In this document: in pieces, positions 62,267-64,000 of the stretch
Position numbering within the stretch: position 1 is the first letter of the stretch
Layout: each line of letters opens with the position of its first letter
NCBI RefSeq assembly: GCF_006345805.1
Contig: NC_043016.1
Span: forward strand, 15,190,001-15,254,000
DNA from: Octopus sinensis
Lineage: Eukaryota
Direction of reading: 5' to 3'
Length of the DNA: 64,000 nucleotides
The notes under the pieces: model-generated
The model's database searches: none
What the model was told of the DNA's origin: nothing
Seen by the model: only the letters and a program-made list of their open reading frames with translations
Translations under genes and position numbers: made by a program

Positions 62267-62442
62267 GTATATATATGTATATATATATATATATATATAT
62301 AAATATGCATTATATATATATATATATATAATATATACAAGATAAGAAAATGGAGAAATACATCTAAATCAAATATCAATTACCAGATAATACTCAATCA
62401 CATACTTTATTAAACCACCACATAAGAGTGTAGGGTTAAATA
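62127..62442. repeat. Near-perfect ~105-bp inverted repeat with a (TA)n spacer
   Basis: 62127-62235 versus 62335-62442; differences are confined to the outer ~35 bp. Confidence 0.92.
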
Positions 62443-62802
62443 ATGTATATATACATATATATACATATTATATATATAATATATATATATATATATACAT
62501 ATATATACATATATATACATATATATATATGTATATATATATATACATATGTGTATGTATACATATGTGTATATATGTATACACATGTGTTATATATACA
62601 TATATTATATATATAATATATGACAGACTACACTGAGGAGTTACAAATACTTGCATTTTGCATTTGGAAGTATTAATAATGAAATCATGATATGTAGGTA
62701 ATCGTTTTATTTTGTATGTTTTCATTTGTCTTGCTTATTTCTTACCATTGTACATAGATACAAGTAGATACATGTATATCTATATATCATCATTATCTGC
62801 CT

Positions 62803-63510
62803 CATCATCATTTTAACGTCTGTTGTCCATGCTGGTATGTGTTGGATGGTTTGACCAGAGCTGGCAAGCTGTAAGGCTGCACCAGGCTCCAGTCTAATAT
62901 GGCATGGTTCCTATCGTTGGATGCCCTTCCTAATGCCAACCACTCCAAGAGTGTAATGAGTGCTTTTACATGCCACCAGCATAGGTACCATTTGCATGAC
63001 ACCAGCATCTGCCACACCTGCGATTTTACTTGATGGCTTTTCTTGTCAAACACATCATAATGCCAAAGGTCTTGGTCATTCATCTGTGAGGTCCAACACT
63101 CAAGAGGAGCTTTTCATGTGCCACCAGCATCAGCCACTTTGCCTCTATGTGGCCCAATGCTCAAAAGGTACTTTTTGCACACCACCAGCACGGATGCCAG
63201 TTATGTGACTCCAGCATCAGCCATGACTATGAGTTCACTCGACTTGATAGATCTCCTCAAGCACAGCATATCACTGAAGGTCTCAGTCACTAGTCATTGC
63301 CTCTGTGAGGCCCAGCATTCGAAGACCATGCTTCATCACTTCGTCCCATGTCTTCCTGGGTTTCCTTCTTCCATAGATTCCTTCCGCTAGTAGAGATCAG
63401 CACTTCTTCACACAGCTGTTCACATCCATACACATCACATGACCATACCAATGCAATCGTCTCTCTTGCGCAGCACATCTGATGCATCTTATACTCAACT
63501 TTTCTCTCAT
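62803..63510 (-). mobile_element. 5'-truncated RTE (ORF C-terminus plus 3' UTR)
   Basis: Reverse complement reads WYGHVM..GKPRKTWDEVMKHGL followed by 3' UTR and tail. Confidence 0.85.
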
Positions 63511-63512
63511 TT

Positions 63513-63569
63513 GTATGTATGTATGTATGTATGTATGTATGTATCTATCTATCTATCTATCTATCTATC

Positions 63570-63627
<58 letters not shown>

Positions 63628-63630
63628 TAG
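63513..63630. repeat. (TATG)n-(TATC)n-(GATA)n compound microsatellite
   Basis: Directly visible; the TATC and GATA blocks are mutually complementary. Confidence 0.95.
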
Positions 63631-63637
63631 ATACATA

Positions 63638-64000
63638 AGTAGGTGCAAGTGTAGCTGTGTGGTAAGAAACTTGCTTATGAACCACATGGCTCCGGGTTCA
63701 GTCCCACTTCGTGGCACCTTGGGCACGTGTCTTCTACTGTAGCTTCAGGTTGACCAAAGCCTTGTGAGTGGATTTGGTAGATGGAAACTGAAAGAAGCCC
63801 GCCATATATATATGTATGTGTATGTGTGTCTGTGTTTGTTCCCCCACCATCACTCAACAACTGATGTTGGTGAGTTTACATCCCCATAACTTAGTGGCTT
63901 GGTAAATGAGACCTATAAAATAAGTACTAGGCTTACAAAGAATAAGTCCTGGGGTTGGTTTGTTCAACTAAAGGTGGTGCCCCAGCATGGCTGCAGTCAA
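63638..64000 (+). mobile_element. CORE-type SINE running off the window end
   Basis: A/B boxes, CORE and start of the 3' tail. Confidence 0.9.

Overview
AT-rich eukaryotic DNA, almost certainly from an octopus (coleoid cephalopod). That call rests on recognising the tRNA-derived CORE-type SINEs, the RTE LINE with (GAT)n tails and the dense (TA)/(CA) microsatellites. I find no intact protein-coding gene. The window is a transposon graveyard containing: many RTE LINE pieces; several SINE families; Penelope-like elements (PLEs); a decayed autonomous Helitron (Rep plus helicase) with mariner, hAT-MITE, RTE and SINE insertions nested in it, the whole block apparently splitting a PLE; short non-autonomous Helitrons; a ZBED1-like hAT; a DD37D maT; piggyBac-type MITEs; a CRE-like restriction-endonuclease LINE end; a CR1/L2-group LINE end; a >3 kb TA-rich minisatellite; and several fold-back palindromes. 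The most notable signal is a near-canonical type I hammerhead ribozyme (59946-59999, minus strand). It lies in a 478-bp-period, terminally redundant, ORF-less unit flanked by (TA)n, i.e. a retrozyme-like or PLE pLTR-like insertion. A repeat-poor stretch at about 44.4-46.5 kb may be the 5' end of a host gene, but I can only offer low-confidence candidate exons. Most ORFs in the supplied track are microsatellite artefacts or TE fragments. All protein similarities were judged by eye against remembered family motifs; no searches were run. Element boundaries are approximate unless a terminus is quoted.
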